A DNA stretch of 61,769 nucleotides, taken from the IMG/VR virus record IMGVR_UViG_3300020419_000016, positions 1-61,769 of that record. One strand, written 5' to 3'. Below are positions 32,668-42,481 of the stretch, in pieces; within the stretch, counting starts at the first letter, position 1; each line of letters opens with the position of its first letter. The translations under genes were made by a program, and so were the position numbers. The notes under the pieces were generated by a model. It searched no databases. It was not told the DNA's origin and worked only from the letters and a program-made list of their open reading frames with translations. The stretch comes from a virus (lineage: Duplodnaviria > Caudoviricetes).

Positions 32668-32675
32668 TATTTATC
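32668..32675 (-). promoter_or_regulatory. T4-like late promoter (GATAAATA), 5 nt before the gp25 ATG
   Basis: GATAAATA-TTGAT-ATG; no Shine-Dalgarno sequence between motif and start. Confidence 0.65.
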
Positions 32676-32949
32676 CACCTGCAAATACGTCAGGACTTCC
32701 TTCTTTAACACTTGTACAATTTGGTCCGCCGACATCATCACCTATTCTACCACAACCTAAATTGTTTACAAATACGGTTGTTGAACCAACTGTTATTACG
32801 TCTGAATGCCCTCCGCAATGAGCAGTATTTGGATCACTTTGTCTAGACACAGCGATTCCATTAGCAAAAACATTACCAGATCCTTTAGCTCTTACCATAC
32901 CACCACAATGTGGCACATCATCATCGCCGATTCTTGTAACTGCTGGCAC
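32671..32949 (-). CDS. PAAR-repeat spike tip protein (gp5.4-like)
   Basis: MPAVTRIGD...GSGNVFANG...GSTTVFVNN...GRIGD...GSPDVFAG, with His/Cys metal ligands. GTG start with an AGGAG RBS. Confidence 0.92.
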   Translation of the reverse strand: MPAVTRIGDDDVPHCGGMVRAKGSGNVFANGIAVSRQSDPNTAHCGGHSDVITVGSTTVFVNNLGCGRIGDDVGGPNCTSVKEGSPDVFAGG

Positions 32950-32951
32950 AC

Positions 32952-33461
32952 TTATCTCCTATCATTATAATCATAATTGTCGTTATCCATAAATTGTCTA
33001 ATTGCTTGCTCATTATTATGACACTTATGTTGTATTGTAATTGTACCTTGTTTTACTACTGGAGTAACAGCAGGAGGTACTCCAACTAATTCTGTGTAGT
33101 TTACATCAACATTATAAATTTTATATTTAAAAGCACTAAGATCTTGACTTAATGAAAATAAGTTTTTATTATCTGGCATTTTATGAGCTCCAACAACTGT
33201 TTGCGGAGTTTGTTCTTTATCACTTGTTTTTGCATCACAAAAAGTAAACACATCATTCCACCCAGAAATATATTTTCCTGTAGCAGTAAATCCTGTACTA
33301 GAATTTGTAATTGTTACTGTATCGTCTAAGGCAGTTCCATGAGTTGCTAAAACAGAATTTATAGTTCCTCCTGTGCCTTCAGCAAAAGTTACATTTAAAG
33401 TAAAGTCTACTCCGCGAGTTGCTTCTGCTAAATTTTCTACTCCTCCACTAATAGTAAACAT
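32952..33461 (-). CDS. Hypothetical protein between gp5 and PAAR
   Basis: 169-aa beta-rich ORF tightly packed in the spike operon. Confidence 0.7.
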   Translation of the reverse strand: MFTISGGVENLAEATRGVDFTLNVTFAEGTGGTINSVLATHGTALDDTVTITNSSTGFTATGKYISGWNDVFTFCDAKTSDKEQTPQTVVGAHKMPDNKNLFSLSQDLSAFKYKIYNVDVNYTELVGVPPAVTPVVKQGTITIQHKCHNNEQAIRQFMDNDNYDYNDRR

Positions 33462-33462
33462 T

Positions 33463-34926
33463 TTAAGTTACCAATCCAGATTGCTCAACACACTTCTTTT
33501 TCATTGTGTCATTTGCGGCTGCTTTTAATTCAGCTTGTGATCTTGTATCTTTAACTTTTGTAGACGTTGTACCTGTTGTAGGATCAACAATAGCAAGAGC
33601 AGCATCGGTGTTTACAGGAGTATGAGCATTTGGAAGATAATTTTCATGTCCTGCCCATGGCTCTGCCTGTGGTTGTCTTGTTGGTATTTTCGCTGATGAT
33701 GCTTTAGCCGCTGTTGGACCGTTCATATCAATTTTACCTGCTGTTTCAAGATGATGACTACTTGTAATATTACTTGTGCCTCCACATGTAATCTTACCAT
33801 CTTTACCTACCATTATTTCCCAATTACCGGCTACTGCGGTTTGTTTAATATCTGTTGCGGCTGTCAAATTAATATTTCTACCAGCTTTTAAATTTATATC
33901 TCTATCTGCTGTAATATTATAATCATTTTCAGTATGTACACTTACACTATCTTTTGCATAAATGTCTATTTTTCCATTTGATGTTAGTTCAATCCAAGTT
34001 GTTCCTCTAGCATTTCCAATATAAATTAAATCTTCTGAATTATGTAATAATATTTGGTGTCCGGTTCTTGTTTGCAAACGTACTAATTCATTTTGAGGAA
34101 TAGTAGGATCTCCATCCATTTCCATACTCTCAACATTTGCGTATTCTGGTCCAGAAGTTGATGCTGGTCCTTTTCGTAAAAAGTTAGCATCTCCGTCGTC
34201 CATAACAAATGAAGAGCCGCCCAGTCTTGATGAAGGCACTTGTGTCTGCGAACCTTTATTGCCGTATTTGTATTTAGGTGCTCCTGGTCTACGATCATAT
34301 GGTCCTGGTGTATTCCAACCAAATACCATACTAGGTAATTCTCTCCTAGCACTAGAAGAATTTACTCCTCGTGTATTATCTCCGATTAATCCTGAAGCTG
34401 TGAGTCTTGTTTCAAGATCAGGATTTGTAGGCTTTAAAAATTTTGTAGGATCTTGGCCTTTGTGTTTTTTAAGTTTTTTATTGTATTCTCCTACAGGAAG
34501 ATTTTTTGTTTTATCTTTATCGTTAAATGTAGTAGAGGGATTACCAGGAATTTGAAAGTTCATATATTCGTCAGGAACACATCCTAACCAATAACCCATT
34601 GAAATATTTCCTTCAACAAATATTACTAAAACTAAATTTCCAACATCAGGTGGAACTGCCCACATACCGTAACTTTGTTGTGAGTGTTTATATCCTTCAT
34701 TGTCACTATTTCCAGCATAAGGAGTAACTCCATAAAAACCTGGAAGGTATTTTACCTGTGCAGTTTGTCCAGTAGTTGCTGTATTGTTTCCTTCTTCGGT
34801 AAGTTTTAAAAGTTCAACTTCTAACCCGCCCATATAGCTAGTATCAAGATGACTTACTATTCTAGCTAAGAACGGACCTGGATCGCCTTTTAAATCAACA
34901 GTACTGGTTCTTGATTCTACTGCCAT
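33463..34926 (-). CDS. gp5: Baseplate central spike gp5 (VgrG-like), no lysozyme domain
   Basis: OB-fold motif YGMWAVPPDVGNLVLVIFVEG...YWLG; RTGHQILLH...WIELTSNGKIDIY followed by short beta-helix repeats. Confidence 0.82.
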   Translation of the reverse strand: MAVESRTSTVDLKGDPGPFLARIVSHLDTSYMGGLEVELLKLTEEGNNTATTGQTAQVKYLPGFYGVTPYAGNSDNEGYKHSQQSYGMWAVPPDVGNLVLVIFVEGNISMGYWLGCVPDEYMNFQIPGNPSTTFNDKDKTKNLPVGEYNKKLKKHKGQDPTKFLKPTNPDLETRLTASGLIGDNTRGVNSSSARRELPSMVFGWNTPGPYDRRPGAPKYKYGNKGSQTQVPSSRLGGSSFVMDDGDANFLRKGPASTSGPEYANVESMEMDGDPTIPQNELVRLQTRTGHQILLHNSEDLIYIGNARGTTWIELTSNGKIDIYAKDSVSVHTENDYNITADRDINLKAGRNINLTAATDIKQTAVAGNWEIMVGKDGKITCGGTSNITSSHHLETAGKIDMNGPTAAKASSAKIPTRQPQAEPWAGHENYLPNAHTPVNTDAALAIVDPTTGTTSTKVKDTRSQAELKAAANDTMKKKCVEQSGLVT

Positions 34927-34928
34927 TA

Positions 34929-37352
34929 CTAAGAGCCTCCGTGATCAATTTGATTTTCTTCGCCACCTTCAATATAAAGTGAATTATCAGATTTTGCAGC
35001 TTGTTGTGGATTATCAATTTTTATGCCTTTTGTAGTTTTCTTTGCTTGTGCTGGACTTTCAGCTTTCTTAGGTTCTTCTTGATTTCTACGTCTAATTAAC
35101 TTTAGTGTTTGCTCAAATTTGCCACCACTAAATTCACTTGCTACTCCTATGCATTGATACAAGCCGCTAAATGCTTTTGTCGGTATTGTTTTTCCATTAA
35201 ACTGCATGAACCCGTTTTCATTTAAATCAAACGGTGTTCTAAAATTTAAAACACAATCTATTTCAGAACTTTGAAAATCGGCACTTCCGTCTTTTGTAAT
35301 ATTAATAAATTCTGTTTGTTCTGCTGTATAATTTCCTGCGCCGCTGTCATTAAGCCAAAATGGATCACCCCAAATTTTTAAATCTACTTTTATTAAGTCT
35401 ACCGGACTATCTAATAATGCTTCGTTAAACTGTCTAGCAACTTGTGTTTCACTCCACTCTTGGCCGCCGCCTCCGGCCGGAGCAACAGTTTTCTTTGCTT
35501 TTTCAGAAACTTTAGCAATACCTTCTGCAGGTAGTGTTTTTGCATCACCCTCATTTTGTTTATTAGGAGCTTCTTTATCTTTAGATACAGCTGCTCCTTG
35601 AGACCCAGTTTTACTATCTTTTGATGCTTGCCCTCTTTGTGCTCCAATACCAACAAAGAATGCATTATTAAATTGTATATCAAAATCTAATACATCTTTA
35701 TTTTTTCCTGTGTATATATAATTGTATTCTTTAGCGGCTTGTAATTTTAACTCTTCTATTTTTGGTGTTACTTTACTAGGTGAATTAAATCTTGCGGCAT
35801 TTACTTTATAAGGAACAACCCTGAACAAAAATACTTTAGGATTTTTACCAGTAGAATCTACAGTAGCTGAATCATTAGATTCAAACACTTGTGATTCAAT
35901 TTTAAACCAGTCAACCATATTATTTTTATCAGTATTTTTTAAGCGTTGTTTTAATCCTCTGCCGTATTCACTTGCAATAACAATTTCTTCAATAATATCT
36001 TGTACTTTAGTACCTGCTTTAAATTGAAAAGTTCTAAGTGTTTCTGGTACTTGACATTTTGCTCTACATACAACTCCGTTATTCATTGTAGCAACATTTG
36101 GTTCTGTTTGTGGTTTAGTTCCAGTGTCATTTTTTGATTTTACAATCTTTGCTTGACCAATTGAATTTATGTTTTCTGGATTTTCTGCATATTTTCTAAT
36201 AGTTTCACCAACTTCAGATCTTTGAATTGTGATACCTAATAGTTTGTTTATAGTTTCATCAAACTTTTTAGGTACATCACCTGCTTGTATTCCAGCAATA
36301 CTTTCAAAAATTTCTTGCTTTCGTTCTTGACTTAGATCTTTTACTTCTCCTTCTGCTGGTGTTGAAGTAGTTGCTCCTGTTGCAGCTTCGCTTGGCTTTC
36401 CTAATATTGCTTCTTTAGCACTACTTCTTTCTTTAGGAAACATAATTATGTATTGATCTGTTTTGCTTACTTGTTTGGCTTCTTTACCTTTTAATAATCT
36501 TTCGTTTAAAATACTTGTTAAACTTTTTCCGCCAGTTTGTAATAATTCTTGTACTGTACTACCAGATAAATTTAAATCGTTTTTTGCTGCCTGTTGGTTA
36601 TCACCAAATCCTTGATCATTATGTTTAACATATGCTACATCATATGTACTTCCTTGTTCTGTTACATTAAATGTACTATTAATAATGTGTATAGGAAAAT
36701 ATCTAGTTGTTCCCGGAACTTGGCTTACGTTGCCGTTATCATCATATCCTTTAAAATGTAGTGTAAGCATAAACGGTGCATCAATATAATTTTTATAACC
36801 ACAGCTTAGTGCTGCAATTTGTAATGTTTCATAAAATAACCCCATGCTGTAAGGTTCAAATATTTTAAAACTACCATTAATAGCATCAGCTTGTTTTGTG
36901 CCTTTGTTATGAGTAATAACTGTGTTTACTTCTACATCATCTATATAAAATTCAACCCCTCCTAATGCTAATTCTGTAGCTGTTTTAACTTTTTGTGCGC
37001 CGGATCCGCCAGATCGGCAAATAATTTTTTTTGGTCCGTATCGTCTATAAGTAGAGTCAGGTCTGTTTAATTCATCAACTGTTAAACAAGATAATGTCCA
37101 AATGTAATTTACACTTGCATAAGGTTCTAATGGATTTGGAAACGGAGGTGCTCCAACTATTCTACTTAGTGTTGTTCTAAAAAAACTTGTAAAATTGCTT
37201 GCAAATAGTTCTGGTCCTGATAAAGAAGTTGCTAATGTCTGAACATTTAGTGCTTTTGATTGTATAGCACCTTTAACTTCATTAGCTGAACCTTCTATTG
37301 AACTTCTAACAGCATTAACATCTATGTTTGGAGAAATTAATAAAGGATCCAC
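34929..37352 (-). CDS. Baseplate hub protein (gp27/gpD-like)
   Basis: Lies between the gp53-like gene and gp5. C-terminal LKIWGDP...FSGLYQCIGVASEFSGGKFEQTLKLIR is typical of hub proteins. GTG start with an AGGAGG RBS. Confidence 0.65.
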   Translation of the reverse strand: MDPLLISPNIDVNAVRSSIEGSANEVKGAIQSKALNVQTLATSLSGPELFASNFTSFFRTTLSRIVGAPPFPNPLEPYASVNYIWTLSCLTVDELNRPDSTYRRYGPKKIICRSGGSGAQKVKTATELALGGVEFYIDDVEVNTVITHNKGTKQADAINGSFKIFEPYSMGLFYETLQIAALSCGYKNYIDAPFMLTLHFKGYDDNGNVSQVPGTTRYFPIHIINSTFNVTEQGSTYDVAYVKHNDQGFGDNQQAAKNDLNLSGSTVQELLQTGGKSLTSILNERLLKGKEAKQVSKTDQYIIMFPKERSSAKEAILGKPSEAATGATTSTPAEGEVKDLSQERKQEIFESIAGIQAGDVPKKFDETINKLLGITIQRSEVGETIRKYAENPENINSIGQAKIVKSKNDTGTKPQTEPNVATMNNGVVCRAKCQVPETLRTFQFKAGTKVQDIIEEIVIASEYGRGLKQRLKNTDKNNMVDWFKIESQVFESNDSATVDSTGKNPKVFLFRVVPYKVNAARFNSPSKVTPKIEELKLQAAKEYNYIYTGKNKDVLDFDIQFNNAFFVGIGAQRGQASKDSKTGSQGAAVSKDKEAPNKQNEGDAKTLPAEGIAKVSEKAKKTVAPAGGGGQEWSETQVARQFNEALLDSPVDLIKVDLKIWGDPFWLNDSGAGNYTAEQTEFINITKDGSADFQSSEIDCVLNFRTPFDLNENGFMQFNGKTIPTKAFSGLYQCIGVASEFSGGKFEQTLKLIRRRNQEEPKKAESPAQAKKTTKGIKIDNPQQAAKSDNSLYIEGGEENQIDHGGS

Positions 37353-37353
37353 T

Positions 37354-37656
37354 TTATCCTCCTAAGACTTCTGTTAATTTTGATCCCTGTGGCAAATATA
37401 TCTGTGTACCTGTAACCATATCATAAACTGGATCTTTGATTGTATTCATATTACGTTGAGCAAATATCCACCAAAGTTTAGTAGATCCATATAGATCGTA
37501 TGCTAGTAGATCTGGTCTATATTGATATTGAGATTCAATAGTATATAAAATATCATCATCGTATGCTGGTACTGGTCTAATACTTAAAATATCTAAGTAT
37601 TGTCCATTTACAACTTCTGTATTAGCATACGGACTTTCGTTGTCATAAGTAGCCAT
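37354..37656 (-). CDS. gp53: Baseplate wedge protein, gp53/LysM-like
   Basis: YRPDLLAYDLYGSTKLWWIFAQRN...GTQIYLP signature. Confidence 0.8.
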   Translation of the reverse strand: MATYDNESPYANTEVVNGQYLDILSIRPVPAYDDDILYTIESQYQYRPDLLAYDLYGSTKLWWIFAQRNMNTIKDPVYDMVTGTQIYLPQGSKLTEVLGG

Positions 37657-38504
37657 TAAATAAATCCATCTTGATCTGTAAGACTTCCGCCATTAACAAA
37701 ATCATCTAAACTAAATCTTGCAACTTTACGTCTGCTGTAAATTGGTTGACATGTTACCGAAACCATACTTGAAATAGGTACCCAAGAACCCATTGGTCCT
37801 ATGTCAACTTTCATATAATCAACATCTGGTTCAAGGTTAACTGTAAAGTTTGTAATAATTACTGGAACATTAGGTAAAACATAATCTCCATAACCTGTTA
37901 GTTTTACTAACGGCGGAGGTGCACCTTGATTACTTGTATCACCGTAAGCCATTTTAGTTACAGAACGTAAATAGTGTACAGCTGCAATCCAATATAATCC
38001 TTCTAGTGAATTTTCTATCATAAAATGTCCAGTTACTACCATTGCTTTCGGATCTGAGTTCTGATAAGCAAAATAAGGATAATTACTATGTACAGGGGTA
38101 ACAGCCTGATATGATGCATCATGTTGCATCATAATTTGTGGAGTATATGGAAAAACCATACCGCCTGTTTCAACTAAAGGTGCTAATAAAGGACTACTTG
38201 CCATTGTGGATGGAACACTTAATTTAACTCGCCAATCATATTCTGAAGACGACCCAAATGTCGCACCTACAATGCCCTTTGCCAAAGGATTTGCACCTGG
38301 TAATAAATTTAAGGCTCTCGCAGCTTTTCCAAATCCTGTATCTGATAAAAAATCAGTTACACGCTGGACCACACCACCTGTTGTACCTTTACCTACGTTT
38401 AACGCTTCTGAACCAACTGTTGCAGATACGCTTGCAGCCGCATTAGCTAATTGTCCGCCGTCGGTTGCGGCGTTAGTACGTATTGTTGAATTTCTTGTTG
38501 CCAT
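37656..38504 (-). CDS. Tail tube initiator / baseplate protein (gp48/gp54-like)
   Basis: FPYTPQI...GAPPPLVKLTGYG...VPVIITNFTV tube-fold motifs; immediately upstream of the LysM gene. Confidence 0.65.
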   Translation of the reverse strand: MATRNSTIRTNAATDGGQLANAAASVSATVGSEALNVGKGTTGGVVQRVTDFLSDTGFGKAARALNLLPGANPLAKGIVGATFGSSSEYDWRVKLSVPSTMASSPLLAPLVETGGMVFPYTPQIMMQHDASYQAVTPVHSNYPYFAYQNSDPKAMVVTGHFMIENSLEGLYWIAAVHYLRSVTKMAYGDTSNQGAPPPLVKLTGYGDYVLPNVPVIITNFTVNLEPDVDYMKVDIGPMGSWVPISSMVSVTCQPIYSRRKVARFSLDDFVNGGSLTDQDGFI

Positions 38505-38526
38505 AGTTTTGGTAACTCCTATACAT

Positions 38527-38534
38527 TATTTAGT
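38527..38534 (-). promoter_or_regulatory. Late-type promoter (ACTAAATA) for the baseplate operon
   Basis: Minus strand TAAATA-ATGTATAGGAG is nearly identical to TAAATA-CTGTATAGGAG in the promoter at 59257. Confidence 0.55.
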
Positions 38535-38562
38535 TGACAAAATTAACTACATACATTATAAT
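38534..38562 (+). promoter_or_regulatory. Consensus sigma70-type promoter for gp55
   Basis: TTGACA (38534-38539), 17-nt spacer, TATAAT (38557-38562); GGAG RBS follows. Confidence 0.88.
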
Positions 38563-38583
38563 AGAGTATAACCTGGAGAAAAA

Positions 38584-39417
38584 ATGAAAAAAGTAAATTA
38601 TTTAAACAATAAGGATATATTATCCGAAATACATAAATCAAAAGGCACGTTTAGTAGTTTTACTGATGATTCATACCATCAGTTTGATATAATTTTACCA
38701 AGTTTGGATAGAATTAACATACGAACTATAGCCGAAGCTAAACGTAACAAAGCCAAAAGACTTGGGTTAGCTGATTATGACAATAAAAAAGCACAAGGCA
38801 TTAAAGTAAAACTTGCTGAATGCGAAGTGGATTATCGAAAGATTACTAAAGATGAACTAATTTTTAGGATTATGACATTTGATCATATTCCTGAAGAAAA
38901 AGGTAGAAAGAAAAACCCTAAAACAATAGCTGATACTAAAGTTAAATTAAATTTTCCACCATTTCAACACTATAAGTTTGATGAAAATGACAAACTAGTG
39001 TGTGTAGGAAAAAGTCATTGGGTCGGAGGAATGGAAAACGGATACTTTTCTAAATCAGACGGACAAGCGACACCTAAACTAGCAAATATGTGGATCAAAT
39101 TATGCGAAAGATATGCTACTAGAGGAAACGTAAGAGGCTATACATATAACGACGAAATGAAAGGTCAAGCGATTTTGCAATTAGCACAAATTGGTTTACA
39201 ATTTGACGAATCAAAATCTAATAATCCATTTGCTTACTACACGGCGGCTGTAACTAATAGCTTTGTACGAGTGATAAATTTAGAGAAGCGTAATCAAAAC
39301 ATTAGAGACGATATATTAGAACAAAACGGAATGGATCCTAGTTATACCAGACAACACGCAGGTGAATGGGAAAGCTACATGAAAAGAGAAGCAGAAGCTA
39401 GAGCTAAACAAAATTAA
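38584..39417 (+). CDS. gp55: Late transcription sigma factor gp55
   Basis: NYLNNKDIL N-terminus and RGYTYNDEM...FDESKSNNPFAYYT...NSFVRVINLEK core; lies upstream of gp47/gp46 as in T4-like phages. Confidence 0.85.
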   Translation: MKKVNYLNNKDILSEIHKSKGTFSSFTDDSYHQFDIILPSLDRINIRTIAEAKRNKAKRLGLADYDNKKAQGIKVKLAECEVDYRKITKDELIFRIMTFDHIPEEKGRKKNPKTIADTKVKLNFPPFQHYKFDENDKLVCVGKSHWVGGMENGYFSKSDGQATPKLANMWIKLCERYATRGNVRGYTYNDEMKGQAILQLAQIGLQFDESKSNNPFAYYTAAVTNSFVRVINLEKRNQNIRDDILEQNGMDPSYTRQHAGEWESYMKREAEARAKQN

Positions 39418-39420
39418 CTG

Positions 39421-39449
39421 TTGACTTCTTACGTAAAATACCGTATAAT
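39421..39449 (+). promoter_or_regulatory. Sigma70-type promoter for gp47/gp46
   Basis: TTGACT (39421-39426), 17-nt spacer, TATAAT (39444-39449). Confidence 0.8.
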
Positions 39450-39475
39450 AACAATGAGATACAAAAGGAGTAATT

Positions 39476-40486
39476 TTGTTTAAGAAAGCGGCAGTATTTA
39501 CTGATATTCACCTTGGGTTAAAAGGGAATAGTAAAGTACACAACGACGATTGTGAAGAGTTTGTAGATTGGTTTATCCAAAATGCAAAAGATAACGGTTG
39601 CGAAACCGGAATATTCTGTGGTGATTGGCATCACAATAGAAATTCATTAAATTTAACCACTATGGATGCAACTATACGTTCAATGGAAAAGCTAGGTGCA
39701 TCATTTGAACAGTTTTTCTTCTTCGATGGTAACCACGATCTTTATTATAAAGATAAAAGAGATGTTAATTCAACAGCATTTGCTAAACACATTCCAGGTA
39801 TTACCTTTATCGATAAAATTACTACCAAAGAAGATGTAACATTAGTTCCTTGGCTTGTAGGTGAAGAGTGGAAGAAGATTAAAAATATTAAAAGTAAATA
39901 TATGTTTGGTCATTTTGAACTTCCTAGTTTCTATATGAACGCTATGGTACAGATGCCTGATACAGGAGAGTTACAGGCTTCGCATTTTGAACATCAAGAA
40001 TATGTTTTTAGTGGACACTTTCATAAAAGACAAAAACAAGGTAAAATTTATTACATAGGAAATGCATTTCCTCACAACTATGCAGATGCATGGGATGACA
40101 AACGAGGAATGATGATACTAGATAGAGAAAACAATAAAGAACCAGAGTATATTGACTGGGTAGATTGTCCTAAATATAGAACAACAACTTTAAGTCAATT
40201 GTTAGACCCTAAACAAAACATTATTAAAAGTAAAATGTATTTGAGAGTTACTATTGATGTTCCCATCAGTTATGAAGAAGCTAGTTTTATTAAAGAAACA
40301 TTTATTAGCCAACACAAATGTAGAGAAATTAGTTTAATTCCACAAAAACAGGTTGAAGAAATATCTACTGAACTAGATATTCAACAGTTTGAATCTGTTG
40401 ACCAAATAGTTGCAGGCGAAATTGCCGCAATTGACTCCGATAACTTTAACAAAAAGACACTTATGGACATTTATAGCGACCTATGA
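39476..40486 (+). CDS. gp47: Recombination endonuclease subunit gp47 (Mre11/SbcD-like)
   Basis: Metallophosphoesterase motifs DIHLG, GDWHH, GNHD, GHF and SGHFH. TTG start with an AGGAG RBS. Confidence 0.93.
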   Translation: MFKKAAVFTDIHLGLKGNSKVHNDDCEEFVDWFIQNAKDNGCETGIFCGDWHHNRNSLNLTTMDATIRSMEKLGASFEQFFFFDGNHDLYYKDKRDVNSTAFAKHIPGITFIDKITTKEDVTLVPWLVGEEWKKIKNIKSKYMFGHFELPSFYMNAMVQMPDTGELQASHFEHQEYVFSGHFHKRQKQGKIYYIGNAFPHNYADAWDDKRGMMILDRENNKEPEYIDWVDCPKYRTTTLSQLLDPKQNIIKSKMYLRVTIDVPISYEEASFIKETFISQHKCREISLIPQKQVEEISTELDIQQFESVDQIVAGEIAAIDSDNFNKKTLMDIYSDL

Positions 40487-42255
40487 TAGAAATTAAAGAT
40501 TTAACAGTAAAGAACTTCATGAGTGTGGGTAATCAAACCCAGGCTGTAGATTTTAATCAGCAACAACTAACTTTAGTATTAGGTGAAAACTTAGATCAAG
40601 GTGGTGATGATAGCGGTTCACGTAACGGAACAGGAAAAACTACTATTATCAATGCTTTGAGCTATGCATTATACGGTCAAGCACTTACAAACATTAAACG
40701 CAACAACTTAATTAATAAAACTAACAGTAAAGGTATGTTAGTTACACTTCATTTTGAAAAAAATGGCGTAGACTACAGGATTGAGCGTGGTAGAGGCCCT
40801 AACTTACTTAAATTTTTTATAAACAATCAAGAACAAGAGCTAGTTGACGAAAGTCAAGGCGATAGTCGTAAAACACAAGAGTTTATCAATGACTTATTAG
40901 ACATGAGTCATGATATGTTCAAGCATATTGTTGCACTTAATACATATACTGAGCCGTTTCTTGCTATGAAGCAAAACGATCAACGTGCAATTATTGAACA
41001 ACTATTAGGAATTACTATACTATCTGAAAAAGCAGAGTCTTTAAAAGAACAAATTAAAAAAACTAAAGAATTAGTTACTGAAGAAACTTTAAAAATTGAA
41101 GCAATACAAACTGCTAATGAAAAAATAAATGCAACTATTGAAAATCTACAAGGTACGCAACGTGCATGGATGTCTAAGAAAGATCAAGATATTAAAAAAC
41201 TACAAAGTAGCATAGACGAGCTAGAGCATGTTGATATTAATACTGAACTTGACTTACATGAAAAATTAAGTACATGGAACGAACATAATAATAAAATTAT
41301 GGCTCTTAAAAAAGAATTAAGCACACTTGAGCCTGCATTAGTACGTGCTGACAAGACTGTAGAAAAAGCATCTAAAGATATCGCAGATCTTGATAATGCT
41401 ACTTGCTATACTTGTGGACAAGCACTACATGATGACAAAAAAGATGAAATTTTAGATAGAAAAAATAAAGAACTTGAAGATGCTATAGCATATCAAACCG
41501 AAGTAGGTGATAAACTTATTGATGTTTCAAAAGGACTTGAAAGTATTGGTGAGATTAATGGAAAGCCTACAACATTTTACGAGACAGCTAAAGAAGCGTA
41601 TGAGCATAGACAGAATGTTGATAGCTTAAAACAATCCTTATCTAACAAAGAACAGGAAATTGATCCTTACCAAACACAAATTGACGAGCTAAACAATAGT
41701 GCCGTGCAAGAAATTAATTGGGATCCTGTTAATAGATTAGATAATTTTAAAGAACATCAAGAATTTTTATTAAAGTTGTTAACAAATAAAGATAGCTTTA
41801 TACGAAAAAAGATTATTGATCAAAATTTAGCATACCTTAATAATAGACTTACTTACTTCTTGGATAAACTAGGTCTTCCACATCAAGTTGTGTTTCAAAA
41901 TGACTTAACAGTTGAAATTACACAACTAGGACAAGACTTAGACTTTGATAATCTAAGTAGAGGTGAACGTAATAGGCTTATACTAGGTATGAGCTTTGCA
42001 TTCCGTGATGTATGGGAAAGTTTATACCAAAAAATTAACTTATTGTTTATTGATGAGTTAATTGATAGCGGAATGGATACTGCTGGTGTTGAAGGTTCAC
42101 TTGCAGTTCTTAAGAAGATGGGGCGTGAGGGTAAGAAAAATGTATATCTTATATCTCACAAGGATGAACTTGTTGGTCGTGTTAATCATGTACTTAGAGT
42201 TGTAAAGGAAAACGGGTTTACTAGTTACGCGAACGACATAGAAATTGTAGAATAG
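40483..42255 (+). CDS. gp46: Recombination ATPase subunit gp46 (Rad50/SbcC-like)
   Basis: Walker A NGTGKTT, coiled coil with a CYTC zinc hook, LSRGE signature, Walker B LFIDE and ISH switch. Confidence 0.95.
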   Translation: MIEIKDLTVKNFMSVGNQTQAVDFNQQQLTLVLGENLDQGGDDSGSRNGTGKTTIINALSYALYGQALTNIKRNNLINKTNSKGMLVTLHFEKNGVDYRIERGRGPNLLKFFINNQEQELVDESQGDSRKTQEFINDLLDMSHDMFKHIVALNTYTEPFLAMKQNDQRAIIEQLLGITILSEKAESLKEQIKKTKELVTEETLKIEAIQTANEKINATIENLQGTQRAWMSKKDQDIKKLQSSIDELEHVDINTELDLHEKLSTWNEHNNKIMALKKELSTLEPALVRADKTVEKASKDIADLDNATCYTCGQALHDDKKDEILDRKNKELEDAIAYQTEVGDKLIDVSKGLESIGEINGKPTTFYETAKEAYEHRQNVDSLKQSLSNKEQEIDPYQTQIDELNNSAVQEINWDPVNRLDNFKEHQEFLLKLLTNKDSFIRKKIIDQNLAYLNNRLTYFLDKLGLPHQVVFQNDLTVEITQLGQDLDFDNLSRGERNRLILGMSFAFRDVWESLYQKINLLFIDELIDSGMDTAGVEGSLAVLKKMGREGKKNVYLISHKDELVGRVNHVLRVVKENGFTSYANDIEIVE

Positions 42256-42263
42256 GTAATAAA

Positions 42264-42470
42264 ATGGAAGACGATATCCATGATAAACTAATAAAAGCAT
42301 ACTTAGAGTACCATAAAGCAAACGATGCATTTGAATCTAGATGTTCTCACAGAACTCATGCAAGTAGTAGGCGCTGGCTTAGAGAAATTAGGAGTTTAGC
42401 AAAACAGCGTATGGAAGAAATACATACTACGTTCAAAGTCAAGAAAGGTCAGGACGATCAAGAGGCGTAG
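42264..42470 (+). CDS. Hypothetical protein
   Basis: 68-aa helical, basic ORF within the operon, with an AGGT RBS. Confidence 0.7.
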   Translation: MEDDIHDKLIKAYLEYHKANDAFESRCSHRTHASSRRWLREIRSLAKQRMEEIHTTFKVKKGQDDQEA

Positions 42471-42481
42471 GTAAGTACAGA

